A stretch of DNA of 64,000 nt from Octopus bimaculoides (Eukaryota), in assembly GCF_001194135.2 (NCBI RefSeq), contig NC_068984.1:38403003-38467002 (forward strand), in the 5' to 3' direction. Positions 23,916 through 37,647 of this stretch are shown one piece after another (positions within the stretch are counted from its first letter, which is position 1; each line of letters opens with the position of its first letter). Made by a program: the position numbers and the translations under genes. The notes beneath the pieces are model-generated. The model had not been told where the DNA came from and ran no database searches. It saw nothing but the letters and a program-made list of their open reading frames with translations.

Positions 23916-25981
23916 GCCATCACTCATAAGTGTGTCTAACTTGGTAACACCATGCTTCTGCAAATTCTTTTTAGTTAACTAATGTTATTGCAAATAGAGA
24001 CAGACACTTTCTTGGAGCTTTATCTCTAAACTAGCAGAGCACCTAAGATGTGACAACAGCTGGTGGAAGAGAAGATTACACCAGCACTTGGTCACAAGGG
24101 AATAGACTAGAGTAACATGAAATGAAGTGCCTTGCACAGTCATAATGCATTTCTCAGTTGAACTCACAACCTCATGATTGCAATCCCAACATCCTTACAT
24201 ATTGTCAGATTAAGAACTTTAAAAATAAAGTCTTGCTTTTTGTGATCAATGCTCCAGCTAGGTCACCTCTCTAACTTGGAAGAACTGTCAATGTTCAAGA
24301 AACTTTTCTGACTCCAAGATTAACAAGCTCAATTTGACTTCAGACCAGAGGGTTATTACTAAATTCAAAATCTACTTTTGCACACATTTAAGGAGTGGAC
24401 TAATTTTTTAGGTGGTGAAACTAAATCTATTGTGAAGGAGTTTTAACTTGGTTACCACATCATAAATGGCACTGAAAATTTGACAGAGGTATGACAAGGG
24501 ATAAAAATAATATTGCATCTTGTCTGGAGTAAAATTTAATCAGACTGAATTTGAAGAGCCAAATACAAATTGATCATCAGAGATTATTGGACTGACACAC
24601 TAGTTTGGATTTACTAAAATAAAAGACCTAGTGATGTTACTTTAATCACATGAAAGAAATATCTAATTAGTAACTCAGAGATGGAGAAAGTACAATTGAT
24701 AGGAGTCTATAAATAGTTGCTCAATCTAGCAGAAATACCAACTAAATCTCCATCAAATTACCATCTTTGCAAAAGAAGGTTACATCCACTGATATAGTCC
24801 AATGTAAATTATAAAGGAAGGAGGGGATAATTATAGTTGGACTGCCTTTGAACATAACCAACTTGAGGTTGCTTTTGTATAACCCAAGTCATATCACCAT
24901 GAGATGGATTAAATTCATTTTATAGGTTTTAGCTGTTGTATAATCCAGTGTAAGTAGCAACTGCACTTTAAAATTCACCAGTAATCTATAGGTCTTGCAA
25001 AAGAAAGTGATATGAAATAGACTGGTGTCTTATCCAAGGAAAGATCCACTAAACACTGCAATAATAAAAAGCTAGGTAACAGTTTAGACACTCTTGTTTA
25101 ACCTTGGATCAATACACATAGATTAAAACTGATCAAAGCTATTCCAGCCACAAGCATCCTGTCTTTTTTATTCAAGTATATCTAATATGTCCTTCCTTGT
25201 TTTCTTTACTTTTTACAACAGTAGGGCATTATTTGAAGGGGATTTAGCTGCTACTGCTAGCAGGTCAAGCAACCACATTGGTTCAATCAGCTTTAAAAGT
25301 GAATGAATATTATAACACACATGCACTCACAGACATACAAAAGAAAAGGAAATACACATTTTACATTATTGTCATTAATATTTATTTTATTTTTATTTTC
25401 TTTAGAAAACATTTTGTTTTGAAGAAGAGAAGTTGAATAAGTGAACACAGTTCACATGAGAGGGGCCATAACAAACTTCAATTATTTGAACATTTAAAAA
25501 GATATCCAATTTACAATCAGATATTAGCTTAGTTGAAAACAACAACAAAGATCAGTCATAAAAAGAACATTTCAGTCACATTTTACAATCATGGTAAGAA
25601 ATGGTACAAGAGTAAAAAAGCCAGATTTCCAGGCTTTAGTAAGCTATTTTATTCAATGCCACATTTTTCTTTCAGATTTCAAATCTTGCCAGTATCAAAT
25701 AATTTGACAAAATAGCTGTACCTTGATGTTTTTGAAGCTGAAGATATTTATAATAGCAGCATGAAGTGTGATATTAATTTTTTTTTTTTTGGTTATGTAC
25801 AAGAATCAGGTCAACTACCAAATGTTTTATTACTAAGATTGAAGAAAAAACTCCCCATAAAACCAAAATCAACAACTTTATATACATTTGTAAAATTTAA
25901 TAATATCAATCATTTACGATTTTGTATATCATAACTAGAAATCTATATAGTAAATTGTATTGTACTAGCACAAATCTAAAA

Positions 25982-26016
<35 letters not shown>

Positions 26017-26705
26017 ATCATATGAGTGCAACCATGAAGTCCTGGGTTTAATTCCAAAGTGTGGCACTTCAGTAGTACCTTTACCATCCCCTTGTGTTAA
26101 CCCAAGTTTTGTAGGTTTTTTGGGTAAACAGAAACTGTGTACAAGTCCATTGGATGGTAACTCAAAAGTTCAGCCTTGTTACACTGTTACGCTAATTTTA
26201 TTGAGAATTACAAAGGTATGTAAGTTTGTGAGATACTCAGGCATTTTCCATGCTTATTCAATGAGTAGGTTGTCCACTTGTTCGAACAATTGGACACACA
26301 TCAAAATCATATAGTATAATAATAACCCAGTGAATTTGGTTAATGGAAACTGAAAGGAAGCCCGTTGTGCATGCATGTTTGTGTGTGTACATGTGTGTTT
26401 ATATTTATGCATGTATATATATGTGTGTGTGTGTCCCTTTGTTTTGATATTGTATACTAATTGTAAACAAATGGCATTGCTATACTAACAGTATTATTTG
26501 TTTGAAATATTCTGTGAAAAAAAAAATGTCCAAACAAGGAAAAAAATATGACCTTGCTTGGAAATAGGTGAAGGTTGGCAACAGAAAGAGCATCTGGCTG
26601 GAAAAAAATTGCCTCAGCGAATCTTGTATGACCTATGCAAACATGTCAAAATGATTACTTACATGTGCACACACACACACACACACATATACATAAATAT
26701 ACACA

Positions 26706-26742
<37 letters not shown>

Positions 26743-26877
26743 NNNNNNNNNNNNNNNNNNNNNNNNNNNNNNNNNNNNNNNNNNNNNNNNNNNNNNNNNN
26801 NNNNNNNNNNNNNNNNNNNNNNNNNNNNNNNNNNNNNNNNNNNNNNNNNNNNNNNNNNNNNNNNNNNNNNNNNNNNN

Positions 26878-26925
<48 letters not shown>

Positions 26926-29900
26926 GCTGAGAAACTCAATATCAATTCTTATTCTGTATTTCTTGTGAACAAAATCCAGTTAAGATGGTTTTTACTAAAT
27001 ATATGTTGAAATAGTAACTAAGTTAGGCGAGTCTCTCACCATGATTATATTTTATACACACACACACACACATACATGTGTGTATGCATGGATACTCAAA
27101 AAGCTATGTGTGAAATCTATTAGCCCACATTATAAGTTAAAAAAAAAATTTTGAGATTAGAAGATTAGCTGTAAGCTCAGTGTAGATTTTAATATTCAAG
27201 CTATATTCTCAGCTCTCTTTCCTTCATTGCAATCACCTTTAAATGGTTTCATATGATTAAGACAAGATATAAAAGACCGGCTTCCATTTCTTAGTCAATC
27301 TAGAAGCTAATTAGCTCTACCATTTCCTCAAGGTTATTGGGAGAGATGAGTAAACTAATTTTGTAGGAATGAAGGGGGATAGAATTAGTGCATAGGAAGT
27401 ACAATCAATGCACAACATTGGAGTAAATTTGTAAAGAAGGAAAGACAACTGTAAAAATAATATATGTCTGTGTGATAAAGAAGGTCAGTGCCCAACTATG
27501 TGGCACCCTGGGCAAGTGTCTTCAACTATAGCCACATACTGGCCAAAGTTTGCAAGTAGATTTGGTAGGCAGAAACTAAAAGACTGTCGTATGTGTGTGT
27601 CTGTATACATACATACATATACTGTGTTGCTTGCTTCTAGCTTCCCTGAATACATGTACGGCTTTGGGGTAAAATATTACTTTGCTTGAAAAGAAGGGTT
27701 GGCAACAGGAAGGGCATCCAGCCACAGATAATCTACCTCGATAAATTCTGTTTGTGCCAGTCGAGCATGGAAAAGTGAACAGTAAAACAATATCAATGCT
27801 TCATTAATGCTGCCTGGTAGAAGTTTTATAGAATTCCTATGGTGGACAACATTTTACTGCATTTCCAATATGAAATGCAATTTTTTTTCTACTGTTTCAT
27901 ATCCATTTTGTCCTCTTTGCCATGGAAAAAATTTACTTTTTTGGAAGCTGTTGATCTTAGTCATATTGTTCTCACTCATCCATGAAGCCAGAGTAGGTTC
28001 TGTCTTTTGTTGGTAGTTAGGCAAAGTGGATCAAGCAAAGTTGTGAAAGAGAAATAGAGAGTGAGTGTATGTGTGTGTGTGTGTGTGTGTAAGGTGGACA
28101 TAAAGAAAAGAATTTCAAATACTTGATAAAACAGATAAAATGGAGACAAAGAATACATCTCTTTGCACATAAATTTTTCATATTGCATTGTAAAAGAATT
28201 GATGAGTTAGTTAATAGACCTTATAGGAATGTAAATGAAGTAGATAAGACATCTTTCAGTTTTTGCTTTAAATATGACAAAGATTAGCACATGGAAGGAA
28301 GGTCTTTAGAGGTGGTGGCCAGTTGTAAGATTAAAAAAAAAAAACAGCCTGTAAAAAATGACAAGCTGTGGGAAATAGTGTAGTTAAATTCATTTACAGT
28401 TTAAGAACCATTTCACAAAGGTATAATTATTTGAAAGCCAAATCTAATTTTGAAGGTGACAGTTCATATATTTTTTTTTCAATAATTCATACAGAACGAC
28501 AACTAATCAGAACTGTCAAAATAAACAGAACAATTGTTGAGAAGAAATATGAAACAATGTTTGTTACTGAGAATTATGTAAATCTAAACAAACATTTGAA
28601 AAACCATTGTTTGCTGAAAAACAATTCATAGACAATTGAGTCATTCTGACCACTTAAAACACAATATATATATANNNNNNNNNNNNNNNNNNNNNNNNNN
28701 NNNNNNNNNNNNNNNNNNNNNNNNNNNNNNNNNNNNNNNNNNNNNNNNNNNNNNNNNNNNNNNNNNATATATATGTTATATTTCCTGATAATACAAGATA
28801 CAGTTTCAAAGTCTCATCTTACATTTACAATCTGGTCATCCCAAAACTCCATTCTTCTGTCTCAATGATACATTGTTGGAAGTTAAAAATCCATTCTAAA
28901 ATATTAATGACTGGCTGAAGGAGTGAAAGAATAAATGGAAGAAGAAGAAGAAATGGTTAAAAGCTCAAAAAGCTTTAATTTGTGATGAGTTAAAATTGTT
29001 TGCTATGGAGGTGAATAAACAAGGTGGGGATATTGTGATGAAAATGTGGATTGTTACTATAAAACATTTTCTTTTTATTGCATGCATTTGTGAACATTAG
29101 CATTACAAGATATTTCTGTTCAAATAAGGTTCCAACAACCCATTTTAAATTGACTTCAGTAAAGCTTTAAAAAACACTTCAAATTCAAGCAAGGTTGTTG
29201 TCTAGACCATGAGTGATCACACACTACTGTTTTATCACTCCCAATTTTAGCTGAATATCATTAAAAAAAAAAGAAATTGTGATAGAATTCCAAAGATATA
29301 AAATCTGATGAGAAAATATTCTAGTACATTTTCTTTATTAATTAAAAATTGTCTTGTTTTTGTTCCAAATATTGCAAAAACCAACAATTAGGTTATTTAT
29401 TATTTGTCAATCTCCTCTCATATCTGTCTGAAATACCTTCTTAAGAAAACATATGACTGTTTATAAAAAAAAAAAAAAAATAATAATAAAAATCATATTT
29501 TCACATATAAACATTTTGTTACTATTGCAATATTTTGACAAATGTAGGTACAAACTTGAAATAGCTGACATTTAGGTTTGAAAACAGTTCTTGAATGAAA
29601 TGGAAAATGTTTTGTATCTTGGAAAATTAAAATCATACAACATCAAAAAAAAATCTACCTCGTTTTTAGCCCAGTATCTCTTGTTCAAAAGTTTTTAGAG
29701 GAATGTATGCATAGGCATGAAAGCATGTTTAAGTTTTGAACTGAAGAACAAGGAATAAAATTTAAAAATAGATATTAGTTCAACTTCATTTCCCACTTTT
29801 TACTATTTTACAGAATGATAAATTACTTACGTCAACCTTTAAACTGAAATATCAAAAAATAACCAGATACTTTAGGACTCCCCATTCCCTGGCCTACAAC

Positions 29901-31869
29901 ATATATTCATGCTGTTGCTGTTTAATCCAAAGTCATCCTAGATTGCACAGAGCTATTAATAAAAGCATTCCAGCTGAGACTATGTTGTCTTTAAGGGACA
30001 TATAAAAAACAACACTATGACATTATATACCTTTTCCTTATCTGAGATGGGAGATGTAGCTGCTAGTTCTAGCAGGTCCAGTGACCATGTAAGTGCTTCC
30101 TTGTATATATTCATTAGTTTTTTTCTTGGTTATTCAACCCAATGTGTGGTGAAGAAAGTGATTGGGAAGCCAGTTTATCTAGAGCTGGTACCATGATAAA
30201 ATACCAAGCCCAGTCTGTCATAAGAACTGACACTAAGAAAGGCATCTAATCATAAAATTCAGCAATTTCCTGAATAGTTTGTTTAAAACAGGATTAATTT
30301 GCATAGAAGAATGCTATATTACGGAACTGTCCAATCCTTTTCAGCACAGAAAAACAGATACACAAGCAAACCAATAAACCTCACTACTTATAGCTCAAAA
30401 TCGCCCCTAAAACATTAGGGAATGCATTGAATCAAATATGAGCCTCTTCCAACTAATTATTGAATTGAATATTAATCTACAGTTAATATATACTGGTCTC
30501 ATGTCTTCAATTCTACAGTTGATATATACTATCTTCAACAGATATCCAAAAATGATGTACAAAATTGAAGCAAAATTTCTACATAAAGAACATCATATCA
30601 ATTCAAAGTATTTTCTCCATCACTACTTTAATGGTAAACCATATGTTAACATGTTTAAAGATTTTTGAATCCAGATTTCTTTGTTTTACTATCATGTAGA
30701 ATGAATAAGTTGTTCAAGAATGCATTCCTCTCCAACTTTGACCTATTATGCATTGCTATAGAGGTCAAACGTTTCACCACCCCTCAACACCTACCTAATG
30801 CTTTATCTTTTTTTATTTTTCAACTCTCACCTTTGTCTCCCTCCATCACCACAAAAAAGAAAAAAAAAACCCAATAAACAACCTGTACAGGTTTCTTTGA
30901 AAAACATGAATGGATGAATTCTTGATGGTGTAATTGTTATGAATCACTAAAACATAGAGGTCAGGATAAAAATAGTAAATTACAGACAAGTAAAAAGTAA
31001 TTACAATGCTATATGAACATTTGCTGTATAATTAGTAGATACTGTAAAATACAGAAAATAGTATGTATGTAATGTATAGTACATGGTTAACAATTACTTC
31101 ACAATGTGTAGCGTTTTTCAATAATTTTCAATGTAATGTACTAAGAAAATGCAAGTAACACGAAAACACGATACAGACATGGTGTTATAAACGCCTAAAA
31201 TTAAAGTTAGTAAAAAGAAAAAAATTTAAAGACTTAAAAAAAAAAAGACACATTTTATGTAAAGGTAGTTATATCTACATCAGTAAGAAGTTATACTTAC
31301 ACATTTCATATATACATATAAAAATAGTAAAACTGTTGGTTTAATTATTTGCAAAAAAAGATGTGGGTTTTCAAATGAAGGGCAGATTGGCAGAATTGCT
31401 AGAGCATCAGACAAAATGCCTTGTGGTATTTAGTTATAGACCTTTATGTTCCAAGTTCAAATTCCATTGAGGTCAATTTTGCCTTTCATCCTCCAAACCT
31501 TGATAAAATAAAGCACTAGTTAAGTATTATGGTTGATTTTAATTGACTGACACCATGTCCTCCAGGCTTCTTCAAGCAATGAGACTACGGCTGAGAATCA
31601 CCAAATGAATCTTTTTAGTAGTGCTGCTTGTGTTTTAAAGGTGGATGAGGGTGTAATCGCCAACAGTCACAATATTTTTGTGAGAAGCTGCGACCCTGTG
31701 AGTTATTAGCTCTGAAAGACATAATAGAACAATACCACACAAATCCTGTAATTAACAGCATGTGGTATGTTTGTCATATTTGACAAAGTCGACAGAAGAA
31801 ATGAGAGTTAGAATTAAAAATACAATTTATTTGAACAAAAGAAAAAATAAGGGGCAAAATGTAAAAATA

Positions 31870-31910
<41 letters not shown>

Positions 31911-31928
31911 AAGACTGTAGTTTAACAG

Positions 31929-32503
31929 CTATAAATTTCCCTCATCAATCATTTTGTGCATATCTGCTACTATGAGGTTTAATTGATCTTTGTATTTGCT
32001 AGAACTGCTGAATAGTTCATCCAAAAGATCTGTATCTGAGAAATATCTGAACACTGTGTCAATTCGAGTCTTAGATTTGTCTGTCAGATGTCTGTTAACA
32101 ATCTCCTGGATAAGGCTACGGCATTCCTCTAAGTTTTTTTGCAAGAAAATTCTGTCATAGGTGAAATCCACTTCACAAAAGCTGATGATAGTCATTGCAA
32201 GGTTATTAAACTTTTGCTTGAAGACTTCAATTTTGGTCAGTTCTGCTTGGTTAAATTGATCATTTCGGAATAGAATCCCAATCTTTACTATTGTCTTGAT
32301 AATGTACTTAAGGATTTTTTCTACTTCTTTCTTATTTGAAGAATAGTCTTTCAGGATTCGACACATGTTGTCAAGCACTTGAGCCAATGTTTCATCAACA
32401 AATATTTTGGCAATTTTCTTATTTGACATCTTCCCCAATAGCTTTTTCTGGACTCGAAGTCCAAGCCCCCTGGAATCAAAACCTGCTCCTGCATCGGTCG
32501 CCA
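31929..32503 (-). CDS. TNFAIP8: TNFAIP8 / TIPE family protein, main (last) coding exon
   Basis: Acceptor TTTATTTTATTTTCAG at 32504, then TG GCG ACC GAT; ATD...LGLRVQKKLLGKMS...KIGILFRNDQF...SFCEVDFTYD...RHLTDKSKTRID...MHKMIDEGNL*. Full-length similarity to human TNFAIP8 and Drosophila sigmar. 575 nt; the track's start at 32504 is the acceptor G, not an ATG. Confidence 0.96.
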
Positions 32504-34716
32504 CTGAAAATAAAATAAAGAAAAGGGAGAGAATTAAATTCTGTGTGGAATTTTTTTTTCTGATTCTAATTTTTCATTAAATTTACTACTACACAACTGT
32601 AACTAAGAACATGAAGATTATGATATTAAATAGTTTATTTTTTATTAAGTGTTTCACAGATGGGGAGAAACTATGATTTAAAAATAATGAATAACAATGG
32701 CTGGGTTTCATGTGTAGAAATAGAAAATTCTTCAATTATTTGCAAGTGTATAAGAACTCCATTCTTGAATACTGGTTAGTGCATATCTTCTACTGCACAC
32801 ACACACACACACACTCTCTCTCTCTCTAGATCAGGAATGGGAGAATCTTCTCAGTATGAAGAGAAATTCCAAGTGCAAAAGAACCTATGAAGGTCATCTA
32901 CATTGAGAAAATTAACAAATTAAAAAATTTTTTTGTATAAGTTACTAAGCTCTGAATTTGAAAAATTTAACGTGTTTTTATGGATTTCAACAGAAAATGG
33001 TTTCAAATTTGAATGAGGGTAAAATTTTGTGGGTAGGAGAGGTGTTTCCTCCTCTATTATAAATAGTACCCAAGTACTATATAATAGTATCCCCNNNNNN
33101 NNNNAAAAAAATCATCTCCTTTAGAAGCAAGCTTTCTCCTACTGGCCACTTCCAAACACTGATGCACTATTAGGGCTATATCCTTTGTTTATCCTTTCTG
33201 CAGCTGAACTAGTTGACTTTAAATACTACCTAAACCCACTTGATGTACCTATCACTAACTATTATATGCAATTTATATCCTGGATCTATGTAAAATATCT
33301 TTCCTAAATATGTTCCACTAACAACATCCACATATTTATATCTTCACTGGAACCATGAAACTGATATAAATCAAATGAAATGTTAACTTAATGAGCCAAT
33401 GGCAGCCACCAAATCTTTCTTAAATTACATTCTGCTATCTTAGGAAAGAAGGAAACACAGGATGACAGGATTCTGAGTGCACTTTATGTAGGAAAGGGGC
33501 AGAGTGATCACAACTGGATTGTCTCCTTAGATTGGCTTGGTCTGGGTTGACTGGAGACTACAACAATACTAACTTCACTCATTTATCACTAACAGCTTTT
33601 TCTAAATGGACTCAAAAAAAGAAAAATGTTTTGTGAAGAGATTCTTGGCAGGAGATATTTAAAAAAAGATACAGAAAAGATATAAACACCTCTTCTGATG
33701 TTAACAAATTAGGAACAAATAACTAATCTTGATAGTTTTTACTAACAAAGCACAAAATCAACACTGACAAGTTTGTGTGTTATATGTGTGTGTGTTACAA
33801 ATAACATTAACTATGAGATCTACATTGTAGACTTGTGTCATCAATTATTAGTGAATGAATCATTCAAACTGTAGTCCTCTTAGGAGGAACTGACATGTTA
33901 AAGTTTTGTTTTAAATTTGATGGAGAAATAAATACCTCCAGCCAAAAATCTTTTCACAAAACTTTAAACAAAATTTTGACATTAAATTCTTATTTAGAAT
34001 TAAATTTGTAACAATAAAGTTAAAGTTAGCCTTGTTCTGAAACTATTTTGGTAGTAATAACCCTTAGAGGAAACAAGTGTCCAATCATGGAAGGATTGTA
34101 AAGTATTGAGGCCGAACGCAATCTAGCTTGGTTGTAAAAAGTTTTGTTCTGACCCTTAGATTATAACCTCATAATTATTTCAGATAAAAATTTAACACAC
34201 ACACACACACACACATTATATATATATATACATTCGAGAAGCTTGAATGAAACTGGCTGTGAAACTTGAAGTAGCATGGAAACCGAATCAAACTGTTTTA
34301 AATAATAATTAAGTGGTGTATTATTGAAAAGAGAAAGCAAAATTTATTCAGTGGTTGTCCTTGCATATAAGCATGTCCCCTGCATCCTTCTTCAGCTGAA
34401 CTTATAGGCTCATGGGTGCCAGTGCCACATAAAAAGCATCCATGCCAGTGCTATGTAAAGGCACTCAGTACACTCTGTAAAGTGGTTGGCATTAGGAAGG
34501 GCAGCCGGTTGTAGAAACCATGCCAAAACAGACAAGGAGACCCAGTAGCTCTCAGCAGACCAGCTCCTGTCAAACCATCAGGCCCATACCAGCATGGAAA
34601 ACAGATGTATGAATTGTTAGATAAAAAAAAACAATGACCCAGTAGACAAAAATACCAGATTCAGGAAACAAATGATAACTGATGTGTTAGAGTTTTGCAA
34701 ATATTTCAATTGATGT

Positions 34717-34930
34717 AAGATGGTGAGCTGGCAGAAACGTTAGCATGCCAGGAGAAATGCTTAGCAGTATTTCGTCTGCTGTTATGTTCCGAGTTCGAAT
34801 TCCACTGAGGTCGACTTTGCCTTTCATCCTTTCGGGGTAGATAAATTAAGTACCAGTTACGTACTGGGTTGATTTAATCGACTGGCCTCCGCCCAAAAAA
34901 TTTTGAGCCTTGTGCCTAGAGTAGAAAAGA
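34717..34930 (+). mobile_element. Well-preserved head-type-B tRNA-derived SINE
   Basis: GAGCTGGCAGAAACGTTAGC head, GAGTTCGAATTCC B-box, GGGGTAGATAAATTAAGTACC body, GCCTTGTGCCTAGAGTAGAAAAGAAT end. Minus-strand copies cluster at about 35215-36200 and 36890-37065; plus copies at 31375-31545 and 38405-38620. Confidence 0.9.
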
Positions 34931-36521
34931 ATGTCTAAGTCTACCAAACTCAAGAGCAGGAATCATATGGGTGACCAACGAACAGCTCTAGGTTTTAATC
35001 CTACTGCAGTTGACTTAAACTTCCATTTCTTGGGAAAAGGAAATAAAAACTAGTTATATATAGAAGTAATGTGATATTATCATCATCATCATTTAACATC
35101 TGCCTTCCATGGGTGGGACTAGATTTGTTTAATTAATTAACCTGAATTCCAAACATGTACTGTAGTCACTTGAGCCAAATAACAAATGATGATAATAACT
35201 ATCTAATTAAGGTGTAAGGCCAGCAATTTTGAAGGAGAAACCATTTATATCGATACCTAAAGGATGTTAGGTCAAATTGACCCTGGCAGAATTTGAACTC
35301 AGAATGAAATGTCACGAAGCATTCTTTCCTAATACTCTAATGATCCTGCCAGCTTGCTACCAATAATAATAATTGTTTCTAATGTATTTCTCTAATCCCT
35401 AATCAGCATGAAAGATGTGTATAAAATGACAGACACAAGGTCTGAAAATTGAGGGAGGGGGTTAGTTGGTTAAATGAACTCCAATAGTTTAATGGTACTA
35501 TATTTTATTGACCCCTGTAAGGATGAAAGAAAAAGCAAATCTCAGTGGGATTTCAACTAGAAATGTAAAGAGGCAGAACAAATACAAAGTATTTTTATAA
35601 TGCTCTCAATAATGATGGACTCTCCTGTCAAAGAAGACATATAAGTGTTCAGTTTTTGCTAAACAACCAGTGCAAATAATTTGTCAATAGTGATTAAATG
35701 CATCTGCTGTACATTAGCTCGCTCACTCCATCAAATTGACATTGCCTGAACAAGTGCACAGTGTACTACACATCAGGTGTTGAAATGATCACAGAGCAAC
35801 AGGAGATGAAGTATTTTTCTCAAGAAGACAATGCACCACCTGGTCTAGGAATTGATCTTGCAATCGTGAGTGCAACACCCTAATTACTAGGCCATGTGTC
35901 CTCACAATAATAATAACAATTTCAGATTTTGGTGCCAAGGCTAACAATTTTAGAGTGAAGAGATGACAATTATAGTGACTACAGTGCTTAACTGGTTCTT
36001 ATTTTATCAACTCTGAAATAATAATCTAGGCATAAGGCCAGCAATTTTGAGGGGAGAGGACCAGTCAATACCATCAATCCCAATTCTTTGCTGGTACTTT
36101 GTTCTATCAACCCTGAAAGGATGAAAAGCAAAGTTGACCTCAACAAAACTTGAACTCAGAATGTAAAGAGCCAAAAGAAATATGGCAGAGCATTTTTCTC
36201 TTATATTAATGATTGCCAATCCACATTTACATTTTTTAATGAAATGTGTTAATTATTTCTGGAATGAAATGTATTTCTTAGATGAACCACTCCCATCTAT
36301 CAAAATAAAACTATTCACTATCATTAATTTTGAAATATATTTTATATTTTGAAATCCTCTAAAAATATTAACATCAAGTTTTAAACTTGAGCAATCAAAT
36401 CTTATTATGCTAAATATTCCTTAACTCAATCCTTCTACAGGAAGACAAGAAAACTGGCTCAACTTATCTGGATCTTTTTGATATTCATTGCTTAGGTTCT
36501 GATATAAAATATTAAAATACT

Positions 36522-36782
36522 AAAGGGTAATATTTATCCCCACTTAAAAGTGGATGTTGTGTTAGAACACAGAATACTGAGAAAGTTATCATGGAAAAAC
36601 TCTCATATTGGCTTTCAGTACATATAAGCACTCTCGTTACATCACTAGTGGGAGATAACTTGCCTACCATCACCACCGCCAAAACTACCAGATCATGTGA
36701 TTTCAGTCTTCCCTGGCCTTATCAATGGTAGACATTCTCTAACACAGCATCCACTTTTAAGTGTGTATAAATATTACCCTTT
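36522..36782. mobile_element. MITE-like element with 45-bp terminal inverted repeats
   Basis: AAAGGGTAATATTTATCCCCACTTAAAAGTGGATGTTGTGTTAGA (36522-36566) vs reverse complement of 36738-36782: 42/45 identical. Confidence 0.8.
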
Positions 36783-37429
36783 GTTATCAACACTACTTCT
36801 GTCACTAATAATTATTTCTTAATTAAAATCTTCCATCACAATTTTATGTAAGGTCAATTTTTTTTAATGTATAGACATAAACTTAATAATGGTTTCAAAG
36901 TTTGGGCCAAGGCCAGCAAAAGGAATAAGTCTATTACATCGACCCTGAAAAGAGGAAAGGCAAAGTTGACCTCAGTGGCATTTGAGCTCAGAACATAAAG
37001 ATGAACAAAATGCTGCAAAGCATTTTACCCAGCATGCTAGCAATTCTGCCAGTTCATTGCCTGACATAAGCTTAATAATGACAAAGTTAAAATAATCCTT
37101 TCTTGATTAATTTCAAAACTAATTGAAATACATAGGAAAAACCCACCAAAACATTCATAATAAATTCTGCTAAATGATATATTTAAAAAAATTAATATTA
37201 AGCATTACATAATGAAAAAGATCACTTACTTTAGTTCATTCACTGGAGTGTAGCTGTATGAATTTCAATTCTTGGACAGTTTAAAATATGATATCAGAAG
37301 ATAGACAAAACTAAAGTGCAAGAAAAAAAAAATTAAAATCAAAACCACAACAAAAACATGCAATAACAACTTCTTAATGCAATTATTTAATTCACATGTA
37401 TTTATCATACTTTGACAAGCATAGCCAGA

Positions 37430-37647
37430 GAGCATTTAAACTGACCATATCTGATCCAAATATTCTACAGGTTCTGTGTTTAAACTATCCAGATCTGACC
37501 TCTTACACCTACATTACAATGTCATTCTAAAATTAAACAATCACATCATTGAAATCTTGAAACTATAAGATAATGCAGGATTATTTCAAAATAATGTGAA
37601 TAAATAAGCATTACATTTGACAAAGTAATCTGACTGCTAGAGGGTTA
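37430..37647. mobile_element. piggyBac-type MITE (AGGG+TTAA end); second copy at about 55738-55945
   Basis: Ends in GCTAGAGGGTTAA. Internal ATAAATAAGCATTACATTTGACA and AATGTCATTCTA...ACAATCACATCATTGA blocks are shared with the 55.7-55.9 kb copy. Confidence 0.65.

Noticed and set aside
11050-31900. DMXL1 exons between DTWD2 and TNFAIP8, as in human
   Set aside because: No MxxHQVLTGA-like start or WD40-like exon recognised by eye; small exons could be missed.
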